Shown here piece by piece: positions 52,125-63,825 of a stretch of DNA of 64,000 bases. The notes beneath the pieces are model-generated. The model saw nothing but the letters and a program-made list of their open reading frames with translations, ran no database searches and was not told the origin of the DNA. Positions within the stretch are counted from its first letter, which is position 1; each line of letters begins with the position of its first letter. The translations under genes were made by a program, and so were the position numbers. The DNA is from Lepidodermella squamata (lineage: Eukaryota > Animalia > Gastrotricha), in NCBI GenBank assembly GCA_047495785.1, contig JBLDXI010000017.1, positions 3,534,001 through 3,598,000 on the forward strand, given 5' to 3'.

Positions 52125-53933
52125 CTAAAAGCAACATATTGTTCGAAACTTGTGCCGCGTCGGCTTTGGTGTAGCCGGCGGCGAGTTTGCGCGCACTGCT
52201 GTGAGATTACTCATACGCCCTCCCGACTTCGATTTCGAATCGGCAATACCAAACGACTGCGATGTGCACGACGCTGAGGCCGAATATTTGACACCGGACT
52301 CTGCAACTGTGCCAGGTGCCGTCGCAGACGAAGTCGATTGCGATCGTTTTTTAGGGGCCTAAACATTAATCTATAGAAGCAGCCTCAACAACAACGACAA
52401 AACAAACCGTAGTGACAGAATAACGAGATGAGGAATGATGCTTCACGTTTCGGCTCTCTAACTGGTGTTCCATCGCGACTAGAAGCGCTGTGTCGAATAC
52501 TGATTTGAGATTTTTCGACGTCAGGGCTGAGCATTCGATGTATCCGGCTGCATTGATTGACTTGGCCAAGTCAGTGGCCTCGCGCTCGCTGATGGCTTTT
52601 TCTCCCGCATTTGCTAGATCTATTGATATTTTGACGTCATCGCGTAAGTCGGACTGTGTGCCGACTAAAATTATCGGTACCGAGGGCGGCCCGTATTTTT
52701 TCAACTCGGGATACCATTTATGCTTGATGTTGGCGAAGGAAGACGGCGCAACAACAGAAAAACACAATAAGAACGCATCTGCATTAGGGTAACATAGCGG
52801 CCGCAGTGCATCGAAGTCTTCCTGTAAAGATAACAAACAAATATAACACTAGCCGAAATTCAGCGTAAAAGGCAACATGATAGTGGAGTGGCTCCTACGG
52901 TAAGCACCTAAATAAGCACTTGGATGACGCCCTGGTCCCGGCTACATTAATACTGGTAGCATCAACAATACACTCTAAGCCCGCCGTGGCTTTGATATAC
53001 AGATCATTTTAGAAAAGTGGCTTCCGTCTGATGCTACATAACGAGCAACCGTCACCTCGCCCTCTTCAATCGCGACGATCTTGATGGGTCCAAAGTAGAG
53101 GCTGTTTGAGAACGCGCTACAAACACCATTCCATTAATAGTAATTCGTGAAACGACATGCCTGTTTCGCTTCTTGGCAAATCCTAACATAGACGCAAATT
53201 TAGGCTGTTAATTAGTCTATCGGGCACTAAATGCTAATTATTTGAGAGTTATAATCCGATCAAGATTTGAATTCCAACAGAAGCCAGCACCCATGTGCCT
53301 CGGATTTTCAAAATTAAAGCTGGCAATCTAATGTCACAGATGTAAACGAAAAAGCAGTAAAATTAAATGCAAAACTGCCATTTGATCATCTACATCTTCC
53401 AATACTGGTGAACCACCCACGATAATGAGGTTTAAATGGGAATATTCACGAAATTCGTCGCGTTATACAAGAATTTTGAGCGCGAAACATCAAATAGATT
53501 GCAAATGAAACAGACATACCTGACCAGCCGTGTCACAAATTTCCAAATGAACAGGTCTGTCTTCCACTTTCACATCAACTGAAAAATAATGACAGTGAAA
53601 CCGAAATCCAAGAAAAACTAGTAACAATACCTTTAAATGTATCAAAAGTTGTGGGAGTGTAATCTGATGGATATCCATTCGTAGTGTAACTAATAATTAG
53701 GCTGAAATAAAAATGCTAAGAGTGCACGACTCTACATAAAAATAAACCAACCTTGTTTTGCCGACAGCGCCATCCCCAATTAGAACACATTTTATGTGAT
53801 CGTAATTGAGGCTTTCTCGGGTGACGTTATTCGACTCCGTAAAATAACCTGATGAGCAACTGCTGACTCTCAAATTCGAACTTGGCTGCCCGTGGTGAGC
53901 AGATGTACAATGAGATGCACTTCCGCGTATCAT
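52125..53933 (-). CDS. RHOU: Atypical Rho GTPase RhoU/RhoV (Wrch/Chp)-like, 5 exons, 319 aa
   Basis: Exons 53933-53752, 53701-53631, 53578-53520, 52821-52408, 52358-52125 in frame (960 nt). [43 protein letters not shown]. Ends ...RTICCF*. Confidence 0.9.
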
Positions 53934-55360
53934 CAGGGTATAAAATATTTAAACCATTCTATACATTGAATGAAAAACGCAAGTAAGAAATAAGCTAGAA
54001 GTTAGCTAGAATACCGCAAAATCCACGTTAGCTGGTTGCAGTATCTTTTAAAAGGCAGAGGCTTGGGTTCGATTCACAGAATAAATGGCAGTGACTTGTG
54101 TAAACACAGCAGTATGTAAAGCACAAAAATCTACTCGTAAACAGCGCATATGTAAGGCAAGATGTGATAAAATTGCAGTGTTTTAAAAGCAGCAAAGGTA
54201 ATTGCGTGAAATGTAGAAGCTGTCTCGTGTAATCACTTGAAAAAAGGAAAAATGAACATTCCGCGTTCGAAAATCGCAATTGTTGATTCTGTATCGGGAG
54301 TTGAACACTGAACACCACTAAAGCGTAATTGGCATTAATAACTAATAAATGGTCACGGTTGATTCGAAATTATGATAAAAAAAACCGTTAACTTCATAAC
54401 AGATCCAAAACGACAGACGGCAGTAATATACCTATTCACAACGATTGCGAGAATTTACCTGGCTCAACATAACTGTTGAGCTTCAAAGCCGACTAAGTAC
54501 TCGAGAAACCCAGAGTTCATCCTGGTTTTTGAGGACTCAGAAACGAACGAAGCAGTGGGCGCGAGACTTCCAAACTTCCAAAACCGCAGAATCAGGGGTG
54601 AGCAGTTTTGCCATTTATCGCAACTTGACGCAAATATAACCTGAATATCATTTTCTATTATATGTCAATAATTTACAACATTATAATTTTATTGCTTTGA
54701 ACCTATATCCCGTATCTCGAAGAACGCTTCATGCGAGCATGCACGCCAGTTGTTTCTCTTTTGGAGGAAAGAGGTTTTTCTCCCTCTTGAGTATTGAGTC
54801 TTGAGCTCACTCCTGGCCGGCTGTCACCTCTTGTTGAATGCTCCGGTCATTTCAGCCGTATTTCAATGTTCAATGCCAGCATTGTTTTCGGTGGTATTGG
54901 GTATTGATTGTCCTCTCTGATCGGTCCAATTTAGGGACGAAAAGGGAAGATTTTGCTTGTTTGGGGCATTCTTGACTTCTGGCTTGGATCAGTCATGCTC
55001 CTCCTGATAGGTCGTCATCGGCGTCCCATGTACCTGCAAGGGCAATTTGAGGAAGAAAAAAATAAGACTTGCTCATTTCTTTACTATGCGTTAAATCTGC
55101 CTTTGGAAAAAGCAAAACAATCGATATACAGCCTTGATGTAGGTGCAACTTCATCCAATTTATAAACTGATTTTAACTTCTTAAATAGCCTTTCTATGCT
55201 AACATTCTAATCTCGGAGGAGTAGAGAGGAATAGGGAATTGATATTCCTCCAATATTCTAACGCCCCGTTGATAAACGAAAAATGTGCATTGTGCATAGT
55301 TGGCTTTATTTTCAGAATATTCAATACTTGTTATATGCTTTAGGAGCTGACATTTTTGAA

Positions 55361-57284
55361 ATGGCTGAAAAAGTTAAAAAGCCGGTTCGCGTCAATAAAA
55401 CTAAAAAGCTGCAGAACAAACTTGGCTCTAAAAAGGCCAATAAAGTTGAGTTCAAGCCTAAGAAAGATGGAAAAGAAGATGGAAAACCAGCAGCGAAACC
55501 TTTCACCAAACGCTTGAATCGTAAGGAGCGAGCAAGACTGAATAATCCTGAGAAGTTTGATTTAGCGGACAAAGTGAAGAAGATTTGGATTGAACTACGT
55601 GCGGGCGACCTTTCCAAGAAAAAGCGACAGGCACTCGCCGGTGAGATGCTCGACACTGTCAAAGGTGAATGGTCAATTACTTGAAGCTTCAACTATCTCT
55701 ATAACTCTACCTATATGTTATTTAGGTAATGCTGCCAAGCTTGTGACGGCACACGATACATCGCGTGTTTTGCAAACCTTGCTCAAATATGGCTCAGCTT
55801 CGCAGCGCGACGAAATTTTTGAGGAATTGAAGTCCAGCTTTGCTGCCCTCCTGGTGCAGAAATATTCTTCTTTTTATTTGCTGAAAGTTTTAGAATATGG
55901 ATTACCGGCCCATCGCGAGTTCATCGCCAAATGTGTTATTGGAAACACGCGAAAACTTTTGAAAATAAGTCACTCCGCCAGAGTGGTTGAAGAATTGTTT
56001 GCAAAATATGCGAAACCCAAGGAGCGCAAGCTTCTGATTGCAGATCTCTGCGGGTCCGCATTTCGTCGACTAATGGTCAATGGAGACGAGACATTCCGAT
56101 CGATTTACGAAAAGTCTGACGCAGAAACAAAGGAAATGATCTTGCGTTCGGCAAAATCGACGTTAGTTGCTCTTGCCAACTTCGGCAGGGGCAGTGTTGC
56201 TCAATTCTCGCTCACACATTCGGCTCTTGACGAATTTCTTTCGTGCTGTCCTGTGGATAGCCCGCTCCGCCGTGAAGTGATGGATGCCTGGCGAGATAAT
56301 CTGCATGGGCTTCTATCCACTAAGATTGGTGCTCGATGTGCTCAACATTTTGTGTGGGAAAGCAACGTTAAAGATCGTAAATTGTTGATTAAAAGCCTTA
56401 AACCAATCAGCGAGAGACTGGTCGAAGATGCCGACGCGACTAATTTTATCCTATCAATTTTCGACAGCTTTGATGACGTTGTGCTTGTTAACAAATTCAT
56501 CGTCAAGTTCCTATTAGGATCCCGCGGAGAAAGCGTTGTCGATGCTGATGAGAGTGCTGAATTGACCGAAATGACAGGCGGAAGCCTTGAGGAGCGATTC
56601 ATGAATCCAACCAGCCGCCGTTTGTTGCTCTACATTGTCAGCCCTCGTGACCCTCATCATTTTTCGCCGACCTTTGTCAAACAGTTGCAGTCGCCTGTTT
56701 TGCCTAACGGCGAACCATCTGGGACTAAAAAGACATTGGAAGAAAGGCACGCTGATTTGCGTCGAGTATCTCGCATCGATGACGTACTGCTGAACTTCTT
56801 AGTGAAGCAGCTACCATTACTCATGAAAGAGCTGGACAACGAAGGTCTGTTGGCGCTAGTGACAATGTTGAACAAGTTCGAGGATATTGAGGGTAAGCGC
56901 ACGAAAGCGCTCACGCTTTTTGCGCTGCTCATAGAACCTGCTAACGATTCTGAAGAACTGCTCACTTTTACCAGCGCTCCCATGAGTATGGCGATCAGGC
57001 GATTGATTGAGGGTGACAAAGAGCGCGTTAAATCAGGTGCTAATGCCGACCAGTTGTTTGCCACCAAGCTCGTGGATCGTTTGTCGAAAGACGCTGCAGC
57101 TCTAGTTCCTGGCTTGATCGCATCTAATCGTGGCTGCCATTCATTGGTTCAGTTGCTCGAGTCGGGTATCGAGCAGGTTGTGTCGAAGTGCCGTCATGTC
57201 ATGAAAAATTTTGTAAAAGACTTGCGTAATCACACTTCAGGTGGCTCCAAACTGCTGATTGAGAAAATGAATAGCACTTCCTGA
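55361..57284 (+). CDS. PUM3: Pumilio homolog 3 (Puf6/Penguin-like nucleolar PUF protein), 2 exons
   Basis: Lys-rich N-terminus, KKIWIELR, AHDTSRVLQTLLKYGS, KDRKLLIKSLK, FDSFDDVVLVNK, NRGC. Intron 55665-55725. Confidence 0.88.
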
Positions 57285-57376
57285 ATTTGTGCAGCGATGC
57301 TTACATATATATAAATTGTTGGGATGCGGCATTGCAGCTTTAATTTCTTTGTTATTTAGAGCTATAAAAAATATTG

Positions 57377-58384
57377 ATGGCGACAGCCGAAGCCAATCCC
57401 GCCCCAGTGGAGGTTCCAGCGGAAGCTGCTCCTGTGAAAGAAGGTAATTTTTTAATATTTTGTTGGAGTGCTAACTAAAACTTTCAGTCCTGGCGACTGT
57501 TTTATCAGAACGAGGAGTAAGAGCCGAGAGCCGCTCTTCTTCCTCCTCATCAGTTCTTTCGCCCACGCGCCGTAAAACCGCTCCAGTTAAAAGAGGCGCT
57601 CAATTAATTCCTGGGAATTGGTTGAAGCTTCGCAGTGGTGGGAATTTGTGGTTTGAATATTCAAAATCACTATATCGCATGTAAATCAAGAATGTCAACT
57701 CACTTCCGTCTTTATTATTTGCATATAAACATGAATCTATTTCACGTTTCGTTTTCAGATCCTTACCTAACAAGAATTCAAAAACAAATCACTGATGTAT
57801 TTAGCCTATTCGACAACGACAATAACAGTAAGGCTAAGATATCCCTTACAATTGTTGGTAATATTTTTATTTCATAGATACAATCGACAAGCGAGATGTT
57901 GGCACTGTCCTGAGAGCTCTGAATTGTTGCATGAGCGAAGGCGAATTACTAGATATTGTAAAAGAAGTCGAAGAAGATGAATCTGCTGATTACATACATC
58001 TGAACAGATTTCTTCCCGTAGCCACGAAAATTCTGGTTGAGAAAAAGTAATTTGAACGAAATTTTTGAAGCAAGTGTTTTAAATCGCGCCATCTAGGTTT
58101 CAGCCGGCTCCGGAAGAAAGGCTGTTGAAGGCATTTCAAGTACTCGATCACGATAAGAAAGGATATTTGACTACTGAAGAAATCACCAAATATTTTACTC
58201 AGGAGGGAGAACCATTCATTCAAGGTATTTCATTAAACCCTAAACAGCAAACTTTTTGAGAACTGATGTTATTTCTTTTACAGAGGAACTTGAGGAGATG
58301 CTGTCTTTGGCCATCAATCCGGACAAGGGTGTCATGATTTACAAAGATTTTCTTCCGCTGCTTGTTGTGGAGGAGAACGATTAA
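57377..58384 (+). CDS. EFCAB2: EF-hand protein EFCAB2 / dynein regulatory complex subunit 8
   Basis: Spliced product ...FSLFDNDNNNTIDKRDVGTVLRALNCCMSEGEL...RFLP...EERLLKAFQVLDHDKKGYLT...QEGEPFIQEELEEML. Confidence 0.85.
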
Positions 58385-58541
58385 CGCGAGCAAACTCGAT
58401 CAGCAACAGCACTCTTGCGATTACATTTGAAAACGATCTCACATCTCACTTATTGTCAGAAAATAACTACTTATTCGTGCCTTGCCCATTAGAAAACAAT
58501 TTTTTCAATAAATTATATCCAGACTGATATTTCATCCTGAA

Positions 58542-58981
58542 TGTTTGAAGGAAATGGTCGCCTACCCACTTTGATGATACAGCAGTGGCAAAGTGTTTAT
58601 TGAACATCGAACCTTGGTTATAGGATCAGTCATCAGGGAACAAAATTTTATTGTGCCTTGTTCTGTTCGTACGAACAACATCGAATACAATAATTCTCCA
58701 AATGTAATTAAAAATCGACTACACAAATGCTGGAAGGTTGTGAGAAACAGAAAGGATGAAGGTTGCACGAGTAAGCCGCGCTCATCGACGACAGTATGCG
58801 CAGAGAGACCGATGAGGAGACACCCAGAGAATGCTAGGAAAGGGAAGAACGCTAAGAGTAAAGAAAGAAGTCTGTGAAAGATAGCAGAAGGAGAGAGGCG
58901 ATCGAGAGAATAGGGACTGGCCGAAATAGTCGAACGAGGACCAGGAGGAAGCCTGTGCTTCAGTTATATCATCTGGCAACA
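58542..58981 (-). mobile_element. Possible solo LTR
   Basis: 440 bp bounded by TGTT...AACA. On the minus strand it is CT-rich with AATAAA near the 3' end. Only a 3-bp flank match (GAA), no canonical 4-6-bp TSD. Confidence 0.35.
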
Positions 58982-59399
58982 GAAGCGGCCGAACATTTCA
59001 AGTGCTGGATTTTTTCTGCGTAATTCCAAACTCACTTTTCAATGTGAGCCGTCTTACATACTCTACATACATACGTATACTACGATAAAATCTGCTAAGG
59101 TTCGAAAAAATCCAAAAGTTTACTATCGTATCGTGGGCTCAGAAACTTCTAGAGCTATGAAAATATGACCAAAACATTTGAAACACTAATAGGACATTTT
59201 TCAATAAACGTTGTGTAATAGCACCTGAAATAATTTCGAACAAATAAAACAAAAAATTGATGCTCTCTTCGTTCACAACCTCAAACTTTACAAGAACGCG
59301 CCTTTTTATTTTATTTACAGTAACTTTCGGGCGCAACCCTGGGTCATTCATCTGAGCTTGGGAAACAAGACTTTCATTCGATTTTTGAATTCCGTTTGA

Positions 59400-60000
59400 A
59401 CGATACCTAGCACCTAGCTATTGTCGATTGTTTGGAACGATTTGATGTTCAGCCGTTGGGTTGATGGCTTCGTCAGACGCCAGACATATTTGGTAAGGTA
59501 TTTGATGGTGATGTTTCGATGTCGAGGCATGAGTAACGCCGCGCTGTATGAATATTCTCGTGAATTTTGAGCGAACCTGCTTTGCTCCTTGCCTTTCTAG
59601 AATGATCTTGTAAAGGTAGGACACCGCGCCTCTAAATAGCCTTGCACCGGTGGTTGCGCAGAAACGATTCTGTATTGCGTCAGGTTTTCGACCTGACTCA
59701 ATTCGGAAATAATATTCGTACAATGCGCGTCCCGCCTTACATATACTTTCGATGGCTTATTTCAACTTCTTGAATCGAGTATACGGGACAAGCTATCGCC
59801 AAAGCGCCCAAAATTGCTAAGAATCAACTTCAACATAGACAACACACCCAGCGACTCATTGGTCCGAGGCAACCTTCAGTTTACAACCGTCGCCCTTTTA
59901 CAGTACGTTTATAGCTGTAAAATTAGCACTAAGATGCGACATCTGAGTTTCTTAACGGACCCCGTAAGTGTTGTTAAGTAAACTTGAAACTTTACCTATT
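59400..60000 (-). mobile_element. Highly degraded LINE reverse-transcriptase remnant (CR1/L2-like)
   Basis: Broken frames give LGVL, LVPY, ALYEY and DAIQNRF in the order expected at the end of a LINE RT domain. Confidence 0.35.
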
Positions 60001-60430
60001 GAAATATGAGGCGGCCATCATAGCTTTCTAGGACTCAATTTCAACATCCGTACTACTCTCAAGCAAAGAATTGATAACTCAGCGATTGTTCGGTCATTTT
60101 ACTCAAAACCCATGATTCTGACAATCACGTGTTGACGTGAATCAAGACAGAACGCTCCAAATGATTTTCAGTATTTCGATGTTTTATTGAAGAATGCTTG
60201 AAGCTATTGCAAAAATGTTGTATAACAAATCAACAGTTTGTAAACAAATATCAATTGATATCAAACGTCGTGAAGCTACAAAAATTGAGCTAGTAATCAT
60301 GCAGCCATTAAGTTGACAATAAGCATCATGAGATGAAAAAAATGCTAGGTTCAAGAAAAAACAAATGAGAACTAGTTAGGTACAGATGTACCATAATGAT
60401 CAGGAACGAACTAGTGTCTACCAGCCATGC

Positions 60431-60709
60431 TCATTTCTTAGCAGGACGGCCTCGTTTTCGAGCAGAGCCTTCGGCAGCTTGCGATTTTTTCTCTACTTTC
60501 CCACCTCCAGCCCTGAAATAAATAGATCAATTTAACTTAGGTATATCAGTCCTGAACAGGAATTATTACTTAGGAGGACGACCGCGGCCACGCTTGACAC
60601 CATCCTTCGCTACAACTTTAGCAGATTTCTTTTGATCAGGACTTTTGGGAGGACGACCTCTGCCGCGCTTGGCAGGCGAGCCAGTGTCAGCGGATGCAGC
60701 TTCAGCCAT
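60431..60709 (-). CDS. HMGA: HMGA-like small AT-hook chromatin protein, 2 exons, 73 aa (missed by the ORF track)
   Basis: Exons 60709-60570 and 60512-60431. Three AT-hooks: KRGRGRPPK, KRGRGRPPK, RKRGRPAKK. Confidence 0.88.
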
Positions 60710-61152
60710 CAAAATCGTCAATAAACTTCTAAATTAACATAAAAAAGATAATGACCACCACCGAATTTAATAAACAATATCGATGTATAAAGACAACAGG
60801 GAGTGGAGCAAACTGGATTAGTACCCAGATCGACGAAGATCATCTGTGAAGATCATGAAAATATAAAATTCATAACCAAAACCAATTAGCACATTTTGAA
60901 TAAAACCAGGTCACGTTTGGCAACAATATGCTGACTACAAAATATGACATAAAATAAAGGGCGTTCAGGGACGGCTTTAGCCGACTAGCACTAGACTGAA
61001 CATATACAGAAGAAATTTCTGGCGATATTATCAAGTTTGGCTAACGCAGTTGCCGTCAAGATCATATGTGTTCCAACAAGCATGTGAATCAACAAACTTT
61101 ATCACAGATCTCAAACATGCACTGTTTTGAAAATGTCACGGAATGGCATAGT

Positions 61153-62509
61153 TTACATCAAGAACATCCCATTTCCAGCATTGCCGATGAGAGAGTCACC
61201 TTCTTCTTCGTCTGTCGCAGAGAAAAGACTTTTAACACTACGCTGTCCTCTGTCCCGGGAGCCATGGCGACGGATATTGTCCGCCAGTCTCCTGCGTCGA
61301 AGACTTAATCGAGACGCACGGCAAATGCGGCAACAAACCACAAAAACAGCAACAATTGCAATTAAAGAAGCCAACACAACAGCAGCAATAGCTGCTTTGG
61401 TATCACTAGTCGTTGCACTGTCAAATATTGGAATAAAATCGTTGAATTTGTGAGCCAGCTTAGCTGCAAGTCCTATCCCAGGACTTATGGTGGTCTCGTT
61501 TCCATTCGCCGGCTCAAGCGTTGACAAAACGGTCATGCCAGAAGAATCAGAACTGAACAAATTACAAAATAATGAATGTCAATGCAGTCAGAACTAGGGA
61601 TTAGTAAATTACTTGGTGGCTGAGACACTTGTCGAATTCGGTTTACCACAACCAATCTCGTCGGAGTTATCAGCGCAATTTTGGATTCCGTCGCACCTGT
61701 CGTAGATCGCAATACAATGGCCAAAGTGAGGAGATGTCTCCTGGTCATCTTTACACTCCCATTCCTTTCCATCCTTGCACTTTTCAACTGCAAATGAAAT
61801 CAATTACTGGTATCTCTCATATCTTAGAAGCAATGCTTACCACAAATCCCATTTTTGCTCTTTTTATTAAATGGACATTTACAAACTCCCATGGAACATT
61901 TTGCCCCTAAAAGAACCGACTTGCAATCGCGGTCCCTATCGCATTCTATTTCACTCGAAGTAGTCGTTCGAAGGTTAATAAGATGATTCGAACTAGGCTT
62001 GTCGTCGTCATCCTCTGGGAACTCACTTCCTTTCTTGTAATGTATGGCATTATCGTCTTTGTCGTCATCAACAATAGCATAATTCGAATCCAAAATATAC
62101 GAGATATAACCAGATCGCATAATCAAATCGCAAGACAAATCCGTTGGGCAGCTGTAGAGAGAGCAAAAACGTTTCTAGAGAATATAAATATGGTCAACTA
62201 CCAATTGCAAATGGAATGCTATGCTACCTGTTGGTGCCACACGGCAACTGTACATTGCTCCTCCGATTCACAGCAAAGTCTAACATAATATATTTACATA
62301 TAAGATCAGCTCGTGAAAGTGCGTTGATTGCATTACCTCTGACAAGCAGACGCCGAAATGTCAAATCTGCGATCGATCAGCTTGCCTGCCGCACTTGCAA
62401 TTTCAACGGCAAAGCCTGAATTGCCATCACCTCTGCATCGAGTGTTAGAGGCGCAAGATGATGTCGTAACTTGGAAAATTAAAGTCGCGAGAAACAATGC
62501 TAATTTCAT
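61153..62509 (-). CDS. Type I membrane protein with MANSC, Cys-rich EB-like and LDLa domains (LRP11-like), 5 exons, 377 aa
   Basis: Exons 62509-62337, 62279-62228, 62174-61841, 61787-61613, 61552-61153 (1134 nt). Signal peptide [12 protein letters not shown]; CQRLCC...CTVAV...CSLYSC; LDLa [23 protein letters not shown]; TM segment followed by an Arg-rich tail. Confidence 0.85.
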
Positions 62510-63825
62510 CGCGCGGTGTCAAACTAATATCTAACAATACCAAATAGCAATTAGCTTTTCATAACCATATAGCGCATAGAGCGAGTAAATCAAGAGCGCA
62601 CTTGATGCTTGACGGGTAGACGCAAAACGCTGTAAGCTAGTTTCTTCGGCCGATTTAAATGCAATGTAAAGAATAATAAAGAACGAAGCCAAACAAAAGT
62701 GTAAGATAGCCAAAAGATATACATAAAATCTAAAGGGCATTTACCAAGCAGAGGGCAGAGGTGTTAGACAAAACAGAAAACAGACACTAGGCACGCTCTA
62801 ATTTGGCAACGCTACGCCGTCGATCAAGAATTGTCTATACACTTCGAAATTTAACCGCCCAAACTTTTGTCAGGTCCTAGTTCCCAAGTCACGACATGCA
62901 ACCAAACTACAATAAAGCTACCTTCAATCGATCAACGATTTGTCCTCACGAAGAAATTCGCGCGCTTTTCTCAGGCAAGCGCAGTAAATTTGAAAAGTTT
63001 TAGCCCTTGACAGAATTTTTGTCGGCACGTCGGTCAACTATTATTATAATCTAAACCTATTAAAATATAATTATAAAATGTTGGTATTAGTATTGGCTTC
63101 ATTGACGACCTGAGCCGCAGCCCTAAACGTCAGAAAGCCCGAAGTCGTCTTCCTGTTGACCACTGCTACAGCAACACCACTATTCAACGAACAGTTTTCT
63201 ACCGTGGCATGGCGGCGCGGAATAACGCAAACTGCTTCATCCGGCAAATGAACTCGTTCAAACACACGCGTCAAGCTGCCTACGTCGTCAAATTCGTAAA
63301 ATAACAACTAGGAGAAATTATTTTATTAGATCCGTAATCTATGCTTGTGATTAGCTTTTTGTACTCTATTGTGCCCCCCTAAAGATTGTTGAAACCAGCC
63401 CTTACGCTGACCTTATGATCAATGGTCATACCACTGAGTAGTTCGCGGTGTATATGGCTTGTCATTGCCCTACCATACCCTATCATATTCAGTTCGACAA
63501 CTATACAACTCATATTCCCTTCCCTGCCTTCGGTCTGCGGCAAAGAGAAAGGTCTGCAACTTTCTTGCATCCACCAACCACTGGATGCTGGAAAAATTCC
63601 ACCTCATGCCTGACAAGTACTGCCATTTAATCACTTGATTAGGCTATACAAGATTTCTACAATAGGTATATCAGTAAAAATATCAAAAATCTCACAAGAT
63701 TAAATAGTCTCGAGTACCTAATTGACTCAATATTTATAATTAATATCATTGTATTACTATCAGAGCAAAACTAGAGTTCCACCTTACACCACGATATTAC
63801 GTTCTTTTCTCTAGTAAGATTTATT

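Noticed and set aside
54720-55040. Exon-like block on the minus strand between RhoU and PUM3
   Set aside because: Stops in all three frames and no recognisable homology.
62152-62279. Apparent in-frame TAG (stop readthrough or recoding) in the MANSC exon if the 62201-62152 intron is used
   Set aside because: The alternative 53-nt intron 62227-62175 gives WHQQ|KRFCSLYSC with no stop and the expected MANSC cysteine spacing.
1491-62509. Non-canonical (AT-AC, GC-AG) introns or an alternative genetic code
   Set aside because: All junctions checked resolve as GT-AG, and conserved proteins translate correctly with the standard code.
62531-62740. 69-aa hydrophobic ORF as first exon of the LRP11-like gene
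   Set aside because: ATG 62509 already supplies an in-frame signal peptide, so this ORF is not needed.
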